NCBI GenBank assembly: GCA_000004985.1
Contig: GG739062.1
From: Naegleria gruberi
Lineage: Eukaryota
Length of the DNA: 8,536 bases
Strand: one strand, 5' to 3'
Part shown: positions 1-7,634 of the stretch, one piece after another
How the letters are laid out: every line of letters begins with the position of its first letter
Numbering within the stretch: position 1 is the first letter of the stretch
Translations under genes and position numbers: made by a program
Notes under the pieces: model-generated
Database searches by the model: none
What the model saw: only the letters and a program-made list of their open reading frames with translations
What the model was told of the DNA's origin: nothing

Positions 1-797
1 AATTTGATAACTTCACTTCCAGTTTTCATCATGTCCATACTATTTTCGTGTGAAATTTTTTCGAGTAGGAGATTAGCAATTTGAGGATGCAATCGAACAC
101 CAGTCACCATTTCATAGAGCATTGGCAAACTTGACGAGAATTGTAAAACATCAATTTCTTGTAATGAGAAATTCTCAACAAATGAAATAGTTTTCACAGA
201 TTTGGTTTCCTGACTAGATAAGATTGGTTTCATGATATTTTGTGAATAGAATTTGGCAGAGTGGAGATGAAACTTTGAAATTTTCAATTCACCACAACCC
301 ATTTCGTACAATGCCAAATTAAGATAAGTGTACGAGTTGAGTAGAGAAAGAGAATCATTACTCTTTGAAATGAACTTTCTTGATTTGAGTGCTGCTTGTT
401 GTGCTTGTTCTTGATCACCACTTGATTGGAAACTAAGCGATTGTATAGAATAGAAAAAGGCGCTCCTTTCTTTCTTATTCGAATCTGATATACCACAAGT
501 TTCGTATTGCTTAATATACTTATCAAGCTCTTTCCTTACCAAGTGAGGAGTGTTATTTCTCTTTCGAAGACAAAAGTAAAAGTTCAGTTGCAAAGGATTG
601 GAAAAGTACCAAGGAAGAAACTCTATCGAATTTTCCAAATCAATTACTGAGCTCTCTTTTGGAAGTTTCTTATTTGGTGAAATTGATTCGAATGAATTAT
701 TATCCACCGATACATCTTCTCTCTTTCTCTTGGTTGAATTCATAAATGAGGATGGTGAACATCTGGATTTGTTGATTTGTTTTCTTGGTTCTCTGTA
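1..797 (-). CDS. 3'-truncated coding region (continues beyond the window start) of an unidentified protein; predicted alpha-helical/TPR-like segment (...NSYTYLNLALYEMGCGELKISKFHLHSAKFY...), basic KRKRED patch near its N-proximal end
   Basis: Minus-strand frame (codons starting at plus coordinates divisible by 3) has a TAA at 798-800 and then no stop down to nt 1, about 265 codons, which is very unlikely by chance in 68% AT DNA. Codon usage is yeast-like (TTG/TTA, AGA, CAA, GAA). It is absent from the supplied ORF track only because it has no in-window stop. The first in-frame ATG is at 741-743, but the true start is probably upstream in another frame (see 743..1060). Confidence 0.6.
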
Positions 798-1060
798 TTA
801 TTGGCATCAACATCTTGCTCTAAATTCTTCTCTTCTTTGTTTGAATCAGTTTCTTCTACATTCGAATCATCTTTACAGATGAATAGAAAATCTTCTTCTG
901 GGTCGTCCTCCAATAATGAGTAAGGAACCTCACTCAAATCCAAACCATCACTACCATTTGATTCATTCACAACATTCAAAGAAACATTGAATGAGCCATT
1001 ACAAGTAGTAGAAGAAAACAAATTAATAAAGAGATTCGTTGGGTTAAAACTTGTGTCCAT
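743..1060 (-). CDS. Probable 5' segment of the same minus-strand gene: acidic D/E-rich N-terminal region (MDTSFNPTNLF...LEDDPEEDFLFICKDDSNVEETDSNKEEKNLEQDVDANNTENQENKSTNPDV...), separated from the 1..797 frame by an apparent 1-nt frameshift
   Basis: The ORF-track entry 740..1111(-) is open in the frame with codons starting at coords of the form 3k+2, but its listed start codon at 1109-1111 is TTG. The only in-frame ATG is at 1058-1060. This frame ends at TGA 740-742, which directly overlaps the first ATG (741-743) of the downstream open frame. The two open frames overlap for 743-797, and the composition is coding-like (GAA/GAT/CCA/TTG codons). Confidence 0.4.
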
Positions 1061-1691
1061 GAGAAAACACTCAAATTGGTTACAGAATAGTTTTAATAGG
1101 TTTTGTTTCAATTTTTTTGCAATTGTTAAACTGAACTAAAGTGAAGGAAATGAAGTTAAGGTTAACGAAACACAATTGAAGACAGGTAGCAAGAACGACT
1201 TTTTTCTTCAAAATAGGAAATCCCATATTACATTATTAAAAGGAATAGGATTGAAATTGATTTGTTCGTCGTTAATGTAACTATTTCCAATGTTGATTAG
1301 TATTCTGTCAAAGTTAGAAGAAATTAGCAAGTTCAGTATTTCAGTGAGATGTTTTAAACTTCAGTCCAATTGTCAAAGTCAATCTAACCCATTCGTTATA
1401 TCATAAATCATTTGATAAATTAACTTTTTTAATCAATTTCCTAAATTATAAGCAGCCCATTGGTGAAAATAATTATTAATTGTAATTTATTATTGAAAAT
1501 TTACATTTTTATTACCGTATCCATGTGTATCATTAGAATGCATCCCATTATTTTTCTATTTTGCTTTGTAGTGAATACCATCACAAATTGATACATCTTG
1601 TTCTTCAATCTTCATCTATTTTGTTTTCGGAGGCTAATCTTGTTGAAAAATTCTTCATCAAATCATCATCAAATAAAAATATTAAAAAAAA
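1061..1691. promoter_or_regulatory. Divergent intergenic/promoter region between the minus-strand gene (ATG 1060) and the plus-strand gene (ATG 1692); TATAAG at 1447-1452, CCAAT (minus-strand sense, plus ATTGG) at 1459-1463, A8 tract immediately 5' of the 1692 ATG
   Basis: About 630 bp of stop-dense non-coding sequence flanked by two diverging ATG-initiated ORFs. The motifs were read directly and have not been validated. Confidence 0.3.
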
Positions 1692-1885
1692 ATGTCTTCA
1701 TCGCAAAACAATAACTCGCTGCGTAATTCTTCATCCATGATGATGAACGGAATGAATCAGCAAAAGATGGGCAATAATAATAATACAAGTAGATCGCAAC
1801 ATCCTAATCAACATTATGATCATTTTGCGAGAGAGGTACTACAACGTGTAATTTCGGATACATGTAGATATTATGGATTTCATGC
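1692..1885 (+). CDS. 5' end (64 codons) of a gene encoding an N/Q/S/M-rich low-complexity N-terminus followed by ...HYDHFAREVLQRVISDTCRYYGFH; the rest is lost in the assembly gap; product unidentified
   Basis: ATG at 1692 preceded by AAAAAAAA (a yeast-type A-rich start context). The frame is open to the last called base, 1885. It contains an (AAT)4 repeat encoding NNNN and an (ATG)3 repeat encoding MMM. The ORF-track entry 1692..6647 is this ORF artificially extended through N positions rendered as X. Confidence 0.6.
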
Positions 1886-4800
1886 NNNNNNNNNNNNNNN
1901 NNNNNNNNNNNNNNNNNNNNNNNNNNNNNNNNNNNNNNNNNNNNNNNNNNNNNNNNNNNNNNNNNNNNNNNNNNNNNNNNNNNNNNNNNNNNNNNNNNNN
2001 NNNNNNNNNNNNNNNNNNNNNNNNNNNNNNNNNNNNNNNNNNNNNNNNNNNNNNNNNNNNNNNNNNNNNNNNNNNNNNNNNNNNNNNNNNNNNNNNNNNN
2101 NNNNNNNNNNNNNNNNNNNNNNNNNNNNNNNNNNNNNNNNNNNNNNNNNNNNNNNNNNNNNNNNNNNNNNNNNNNNNNNNNNNNNNNNNNNNNNNNNNNN
2201 NNNNNNNNNNNNNNNNNNNNNNNNNNNNNNNNNNNNNNNNNNNNNNNNNNNNNNNNNNNNNNNNNNNNNNNNNNNNNNNNNNNNNNNNNNNNNNNNNNNN
2301 NNNNNNNNNNNNNNNNNNNNNNNNNNNNNNNNNNNNNNNNNNNNNNNNNNNNNNNNNNNNNNNNNNNNNNNNNNNNNNNNNNNNNNNNNNNNNNNNNNNN
2401 NNNNNNNNNNNNNNNNNNNNNNNNNNNNNNNNNNNNNNNNNNNNNNNNNNNNNNNNNNNNNNNNNNNNNNNNNNNNNNNNNNNNNNNNNNNNNNNNNNNN
2501 NNNNNNNNNNNNNNNNNNNNNNNNNNNNNNNNNNNNNNNNNNNNNNNNNNNNNNNNNNNNNNNNNNNNNNNNNNNNNNNNNNNNNNNNNNNNNNNNNNNN
2601 NNNNNNNNNNNNNNNNNNNNNNNNNNNNNNNNNNNNNNNNNNNNNNNNNNNNNNNNNNNNNNNNNNNNNNNNNNNNNNNNNNNNNNNNNNNNNNNNNNNN
2701 NNNNNNNNNNNNNNNNNNNNNNNNNNNNNNNNNNNNNNNNNNNNNNNNNNNNNNNNNNNNNNNNNNNNNNNNNNNNNNNNNNNNNNNNNNNNNNNNNNNN
2801 NNNNNNNNNNNNNNNNNNNNNNNNNNNNNNNNNNNNNNNNNNNNNNNNNNNNNNNNNNNNNNNNNNNNNNNNNNNNNNNNNNNNNNNNNNNNNNNNNNNN
2901 NNNNNNNNNNNNNNNNNNNNNNNNNNNNNNNNNNNNNNNNNNNNNNNNNNNNNNNNNNNNNNNNNNNNNNNNNNNNNNNNNNNNNNNNNNNNNNNNNNNN
3001 NNNNNNNNNNNNNNNNNNNNNNNNNNNNNNNNNNNNNNNNNNNNNNNNNNNNNNNNNNNNNNNNNNNNNNNNNNNNNNNNNNNNNNNNNNNNNNNNNNNN
3101 NNNNNNNNNNNNNNNNNNNNNNNNNNNNNNNNNNNNNNNNNNNNNNNNNNNNNNNNNNNNNNNNNNNNNNNNNNNNNNNNNNNNNNNNNNNNNNNNNNNN
3201 NNNNNNNNNNNNNNNNNNNNNNNNNNNNNNNNNNNNNNNNNNNNNNNNNNNNNNNNNNNNNNNNNNNNNNNNNNNNNNNNNNNNNNNNNNNNNNNNNNNN
3301 NNNNNNNNNNNNNNNNNNNNNNNNNNNNNNNNNNNNNNNNNNNNNNNNNNNNNNNNNNNNNNNNNNNNNNNNNNNNNNNNNNNNNNNNNNNNNNNNNNNN
3401 NNNNNNNNNNNNNNNNNNNNNNNNNNNNNNNNNNNNNNNNNNNNNNNNNNNNNNNNNNNNNNNNNNNNNNNNNNNNNNNNNNNNNNNNNNNNNNNNNNNN
3501 NNNNNNNNNNNNNNNNNNNNNNNNNNNNNNNNNNNNNNNNNNNNNNNNNNNNNNNNNNNNNNNNNNNNNNNNNNNNNNNNNNNNNNNNNNNNNNNNNNNN
3601 NNNNNNNNNNNNNNNNNNNNNNNNNNNNNNNNNNNNNNNNNNNNNNNNNNNNNNNNNNNNNNNNNNNNNNNNNNNNNNNNNNNNNNNNNNNNNNNNNNNN
3701 NNNNNNNNNNNNNNNNNNNNNNNNNNNNNNNNNNNNNNNNNNNNNNNNNNNNNNNNNNNNNNNNNNNNNNNNNNNNNNNNNNNNNNNNNNNNNNNNNNNN
3801 NNNNNNNNNNNNNNNNNNNNNNNNNNNNNNNNNNNNNNNNNNNNNNNNNNNNNNNNNNNNNNNNNNNNNNNNNNNNNNNNNNNNNNNNNNNNNNNNNNNN
3901 NNNNNNNNNNNNNNNNNNNNNNNNNNNNNNNNNNNNNNNNNNNNNNNNNNNNNNNNNNNNNNNNNNNNNNNNNNNNNNNNNNNNNNNNNNNNNNNNNNNN
4001 NNNNNNNNNNNNNNNNNNNNNNNNNNNNNNNNNNNNNNNNNNNNNNNNNNNNNNNNNNNNNNNNNNNNNNNNNNNNNNNNNNNNNNNNNNNNNNNNNNNN
4101 NNNNNNNNNNNNNNNNNNNNNNNNNNNNNNNNNNNNNNNNNNNNNNNNNNNNNNNNNNNNNNNNNNNNNNNNNNNNNNNNNNNNNNNNNNNNNNNNNNNN
4201 NNNNNNNNNNNNNNNNNNNNNNNNNNNNNNNNNNNNNNNNNNNNNNNNNNNNNNNNNNNNNNNNNNNNNNNNNNNNNNNNNNNNNNNNNNNNNNNNNNNN
4301 NNNNNNNNNNNNNNNNNNNNNNNNNNNNNNNNNNNNNNNNNNNNNNNNNNNNNNNNNNNNNNNNNNNNNNNNNNNNNNNNNNNNNNNNNNNNNNNNNNNN
4401 NNNNNNNNNNNNNNNNNNNNNNNNNNNNNNNNNNNNNNNNNNNNNNNNNNNNNNNNNNNNNNNNNNNNNNNNNNNNNNNNNNNNNNNNNNNNNNNNNNNN
4501 NNNNNNNNNNNNNNNNNNNNNNNNNNNNNNNNNNNNNNNNNNNNNNNNNNNNNNNNNNNNNNNNNNNNNNNNNNNNNNNNNNNNNNNNNNNNNNNNNNNN
4601 NNNNNNNNNNNNNNNNNNNNNNNNNNNNNNNNNNNNNNNNNNNNNNNNNNNNNNNNNNNNNNNNNNNNNNNNNNNNNNNNNNNNNNNNNNNNNNNNNNNN
4701 NNNNNNNNNNNNNNNNNNNNNNNNNNNNNNNNNNNNNNNNNNNNNNNNNNNNNNNNNNNNNNNNNNNNNNNNNNNNNNNNNNNNNNNNNNNNNNNNNNNN

Positions 4801-6587
4801 NNNNNNNNNNNNNNNNNNNNNNNNNNNNNNNNNNNNNNNNNNNNNNNNNNNNNNNNNNNNNNNNNNNNNNNNNNNNNNNNNNNNNNNNNNNNNNNNNNNN
4901 NNNNNNNNNNNNNNNNNNNNNNNNNNNNNNNNNNNNNNNNNNNNNNNNNNNNNNNNNNNNNNNNNNNNNNNNNNNNNNNNNNNNNNNNNNNNNNNNNNNN
5001 NNNNNNNNNNNNNNNNNNNNNNNNNNNNNNNNNNNNNNNNNNNNNNNNNNNNNNNNNNNNNNNNNNNNNNNNNNNNNNNNNNNNNNNNNNNNNNNNNNNN
5101 NNNNNNNNNNNNNNNNNNNNNNNNNNNNNNNNNNNNNNNNNNNNNNNNNNNNNNNNNNNNNNNNNNNNNNNNNNNNNNNNNNNNNNNNNNNNNNNNNNNN
5201 NNNNNNNNNNNNNNNNNNNNNNNNNNNNNNNNNNNNNNNNNNNNNNNNNNNNNNNNNNNNNNNNNNNNNNNNNNNNNNNNNNNNNNNNNNNNNNNNNNNN
5301 NNNNNNNNNNNNNNNNNNNNNNNNNNNNNNNNNNNNNNNNNNNNNNNNNNNNNNNNNNNNNNNNNNNNNNNNNNNNNNNNNNNNNNNNNNNNNNNNNNNN
5401 NNNNNNNNNNNNNNNNNNNNNNNNNNNNNNNNNNNNNNNNNNNNNNNNNNNNNNNNNNNNNNNNNNNNNNNNNNNNNNNNNNNNNNNNNNNNNNNNNNNN
5501 NNNNNNNNNNNNNNNNNNNNNNNNNNNNNNNNNNNNNNNNNNNNNNNNNNNNNNNNNNNNNNNNNNNNNNNNNNNNNNNNNNNNNNNNNNNNNNNNNNNN
5601 NNNNNNNNNNNNNNNNNNNNNNNNNNNNNNNNNNNNNNNNNNNNNNNNNNNNNNNNNNNNNNNNNNNNNNNNNNNNNNNNNNNNNNNNNNNNNNNNNNNN
5701 NNNNNNNNNNNNNNNNNNNNNNNNNNNNNNNNNNNNNNNNNNNNNNNNNNNNNNNNNNNNNNNNNNNNNNNNNNNNNNNNNNNNNNNNNNNNNNNNNNNN
5801 NNNNNNNNNNNNNNNNNNNNNNNNNNNNNNNNNNNNNNNNNNNNNNNNNNNNNNNNNNNNNNNNNNNNNNNNNNNNNNNNNNNNNNNNNNNNNNNNNNNN
5901 NNNNNNNNNNNNNNNNNNNNNNNNNNNNNNNNNNNNNNNNNNNNNNNNNNNNNNNNNNNNNNNNNNNNNNNNNNNNNNNNNNNNNNNNNNNNNNNNNNNN
6001 NNNNNNNNNNNNNNNNNNNNNNNNNNNNNNNNNNNNNNNNNNNNNNNNNNNNNNNNNNNNNNNNNNNNNNNNNNNNNNNNNNNNNNNNNNNNNNNNNNNN
6101 NNNNNNNNNNNNNNNNNNNNNNNNNNNNNNNNNNNNNNNNNNNNNNNNNNNNNNNNNNNNNNNNNNNNNNNNNNNNNNNNNNNNNNNNNNNNNNNNNNNN
6201 NNNNNNNNNNNNNNNNNNNNNNNNNNNNNNNNNNNNNNNNNNNNNNNNNNNNNNNNNNNNNNNNNNNNNNNNNNNNNNNNNNNNNNNNNNNNNNNNNNNN
6301 NNNNNNNNNNNNNNNNNNNNNNNNNNNNNNNNNNNNNNNNNNNNNNNNNNNNNNNNNNNNNNNNNNNNNNNNNNNNNNNNNNNNNNNNNNNNNNNNNNNN
6401 NNNNNNNNNNNNNNNNNNNNNNNNNNNNNNNNNNNNNNNNNNNNNNNNNNNNNNNNNNNNNNNNNNNNNNNNNNNNNNNNNNNNNNNNNNNNNNNNNNNN
6501 NNNNNNNNNNNNNNNNNNNNNNNNNNNNNNNNNNNNNNNNNNNNNNNNNNNNNNNNNNNNNNNNNNNNNNNNNNNNNNNNNNNNNNN
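1886..6587. other. Assembly/scaffold gap: 4702 consecutive N. It contains no sequence information and hides the 3' parts of the two convergent flanking genes plus their intergenic region
   Basis: An uninterrupted run of 'n' from 1886 to 6587. All four ~1600-1655-aa ORFs in the supplied track consist of X through this run. Confidence 0.99.
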
Positions 6588-6847
6588 CCTGAAGGAACAG
6601 CAAGTTCTTGTGAAGATGTTGGTAAAGAAAATTCAATACTTCTATAATCATATAAATCACGTCCATCAATTCTTAAAATACTCGGGAGTGAGGATGATGA
6701 TGATGACGATACTATTGGAGTTGATTTCTTTGAATCCGATTTATTTGTACTTGTTGGAGTATTAGATTCAATAGGCTTGTTTTCATCAAGTGTTGTTAGA
6801 ATAAAATTCTTTTCATTGCTCGAAAGTGCTGAAGGCTTTAAAGACAT
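6588..6847 (-). CDS. 5' end (86 codons) of an exosome-complex RNase PH-like non-catalytic subunit (Rrp42/Rrp45 family; EXOSC7/EXOSC9-like), with an S/T-rich low-complexity insertion between the conserved N-terminal helix and the RxDGR motif
   Basis: ATG at 6845-6847 (minus strand) preceded by AAAAAA. The translation is MSLKPSALSSNEKNFILTTLDENK-[PIESNTPTSTNKSDSKKSTPIVSSSSSSSLPSI]-LRIDGRDLYDYRSIEFSLPTSSQE... From memory, this matches the characteristic N-termini of Rrp42/Rrp45: S..EK.[FY][IL]L...L ... [RL]R.DGR...[DQ][YF]R.[IV]E[IF], and compare human EXOSC9 ...RLDGRQTYDYRNIRISFG. The frame is open to the gap edge. The ORF-track entry 1880..6847(-) is this ORF extended through N. Confidence 0.6.
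6693..6710. repeat. Imperfect (GAT)6 microsatellite, encoding the SSSSSS(S) tract on the minus strand inside the Rrp42/45-like gene
   Basis: gatgatgatgatgacgat read directly. On the minus strand it reads TCG TCA TCA TCA TCA TCC TCA. Confidence 0.8.
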
Positions 6848-7033
6848 TTTTTTATAAATTTAAATTCCAAAACATTTTTGAAATAATTATTTTAATGATG
6901 AAATATTATGAATTCATTGGTTTTATAATGTTGATTGAATCTAAATTTCACTAATAGATTGACTATCAATTTGTAAAGATAACGATCGATTATTAATATT
7001 AAATTTGATTTTTATTAAATTTAATATAAAAAA
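6848..7033. promoter_or_regulatory. Short divergent intergenic/promoter region between the Rrp42/45-like gene (-) and the 84-codon ORF (+); very AT-rich, with A6-A7 tracts abutting both ATGs
   Basis: 186 bp between two diverging ATGs, stop-dense in all frames. Plus-strand TTTTTT at 6848-6853 gives the A6 context for the minus-strand ATG, and AAAAAAA lies immediately before the ATG at 7034. Confidence 0.3.
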
Positions 7034-7288
7034 ATGGAGAATATGCAAAGAATAGTTCAACTTTCATGGATTCCCGATAAGAAGGTTGATATTGATAGAG
7101 ATTGTGATATGTGTATATTATTTCATGATTCACCATGTGCTAATCAATTTGATTCCTTCTTAACAAGTAAGAATGAAACAGATTTTGATAAAGTTAAACA
7201 ATGTTTGGATGCTAACAAGGCTCTTTTTGATACGAGACAAGAGGAAATTCATCAAAAGATTCAACCATTCTTTCCAAAGAATAATTAA
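7034..7288 (+). CDS. Small (84 aa) four-cysteine protein (C-x2-C-x7-C-x21-C; ...DRDCDMCILFHDSPCANQFDSF...KQC...); uncharacterized, possibly a small metal/disulfide-motif protein
   Basis: A complete ATG-to-TAA ORF with an A7 tract directly before the ATG, the same start context as the two flanking confirmed genes. Codon usage is yeast-like, and the compact placement between neighbouring genes is typical of yeast genomes. Its short length keeps confidence moderate. Confidence 0.45.
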   Translation: MENMQRIVQLSWIPDKKVDIDRDCDMCILFHDSPCANQFDSFLTSKNETDFDKVKQCLDANKALFDTRQEEIHQKIQPFFPKNN

Positions 7289-7634
7289 ACCACGAGGAAG
7301 AAGAAGTGGTACTACTAGTAATTGTTCTATCCAACAAGAACAAGAATTTTCCTTCTATTAATGATTGGCTATATGAAACTAACAAGAAAGAGGAGTAAAA
7401 AAGGACTAATAGCTCCACAAAGATTACATTTTGAACTAGTCACGACACTATAATAACATGATAATTCATCATTGTGATGATGATAAGGTTGAAGGCTTTA
7501 AATTATTTAATTGAATTTAATTAAAAAAATAAATGCAAAACATTCAACAAGAAGCCTAATTTTATCATAATAATAATAATAGTAACTAAATAATCCTACA
7601 AAGAGGAAGATAAAGTTTATAATTGTATATAATA
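7289..7634. promoter_or_regulatory. Intergenic region: putative 3' end/terminator of the 84-aa gene and promoter of the downstream gene; contains an (ATA)5 microsatellite (7567-7581) and TATATAA at 7626-7632 directly before the ATG at 7635
   Basis: Stop-dense in all frames and AT-rich. The motifs were read directly. A functional assignment (terminator versus promoter) cannot be made from sequence alone. Confidence 0.2.
7567..7581. repeat. (ATA)5 trinucleotide microsatellite in the intergenic region upstream of the 7635 gene
   Basis: ataataataataata read directly. Confidence 0.8.

Noticed and set aside
861-869. T-loop-like motif attcgaatc (and similar ttcgaat strings at 476-488 and 686-697) suggesting a tRNA
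   Set aside because: No preceding GG or complementary acceptor/anticodon stems could be built around them. They lie inside the coding frame of the minus-strand gene.
284-882. ORF-track entries 284..526(-) and 598..882(+)
   Set aside because: Both 'M' starts are TTG codons (plus-strand caa at 524-526, ttg at 598-600), implying a bacterial start-codon table. They lie out of frame or antisense to the long stop-free minus-strand frame that is the credible CDS here.
1296-1302. Minus-strand TACTAAT (near-consensus yeast branch point) at 1296-1302, with a possible TAG acceptor at 1281-1283, hinting at a 5'-UTR intron for the minus-strand gene
   Set aside because: No GTATGT/GTAAGT donor (plus-strand ACATAC/ACTTAC) was found upstream of it on that strand within the intergenic region. 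A lone branch-like heptamer in AT-rich DNA is expected by chance.
1692-6847. Four giant ORFs in the supplied track (1692..6647+, 1873..6765+, 1804..6669-, 1880..6847-; 1621-1655 aa)
   Set aside because: They consist almost entirely of X from translating the 4702-nt N run. Only the real flanks (1692-1885 on + and 6588-6847 on -) carry information. The flanking parts of 1873..6765(+) and 1804..6669(-) are antisense or out of frame to the Rrp42/45-like gene and have no support.
6930-6973. Imperfect inverted repeat ttgattgaatc...gattgactatcaa in the divergent promoter
   Set aside because: The stem is interrupted and AT-rich, so spurious hairpins of this kind are frequent at this base composition. 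I have no basis to call a binding site or RNA structure.
7173-7418. ORFs 7173..7361(+) and 7212..7418(-)
   Set aside because: 7173..7361 overlaps the 84-aa ORF in another frame and yields an odd basic/hydrophobic product with no start-context support. 7212..7418(-) starts at GTG and is antisense. A GTAAGA at 7167-7172 was considered as a 5' splice site, but there is no TACTAAC-like branch point or YAG acceptor downstream, so no intron is called.
6830-7502. Exact 13-mer tgaaggctttaaa present twice (6830-6842, overlapping the Rrp42/45-like start codon region, and 7490-7502)
   Set aside because: A single 13-nt coincidence in about 3.8 kb of readable AT-rich sequence is only marginally unexpected (roughly 10% by chance). 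There is no flanking similarity or inverted partner, so it is not treated as a repeat element or regulatory pair.
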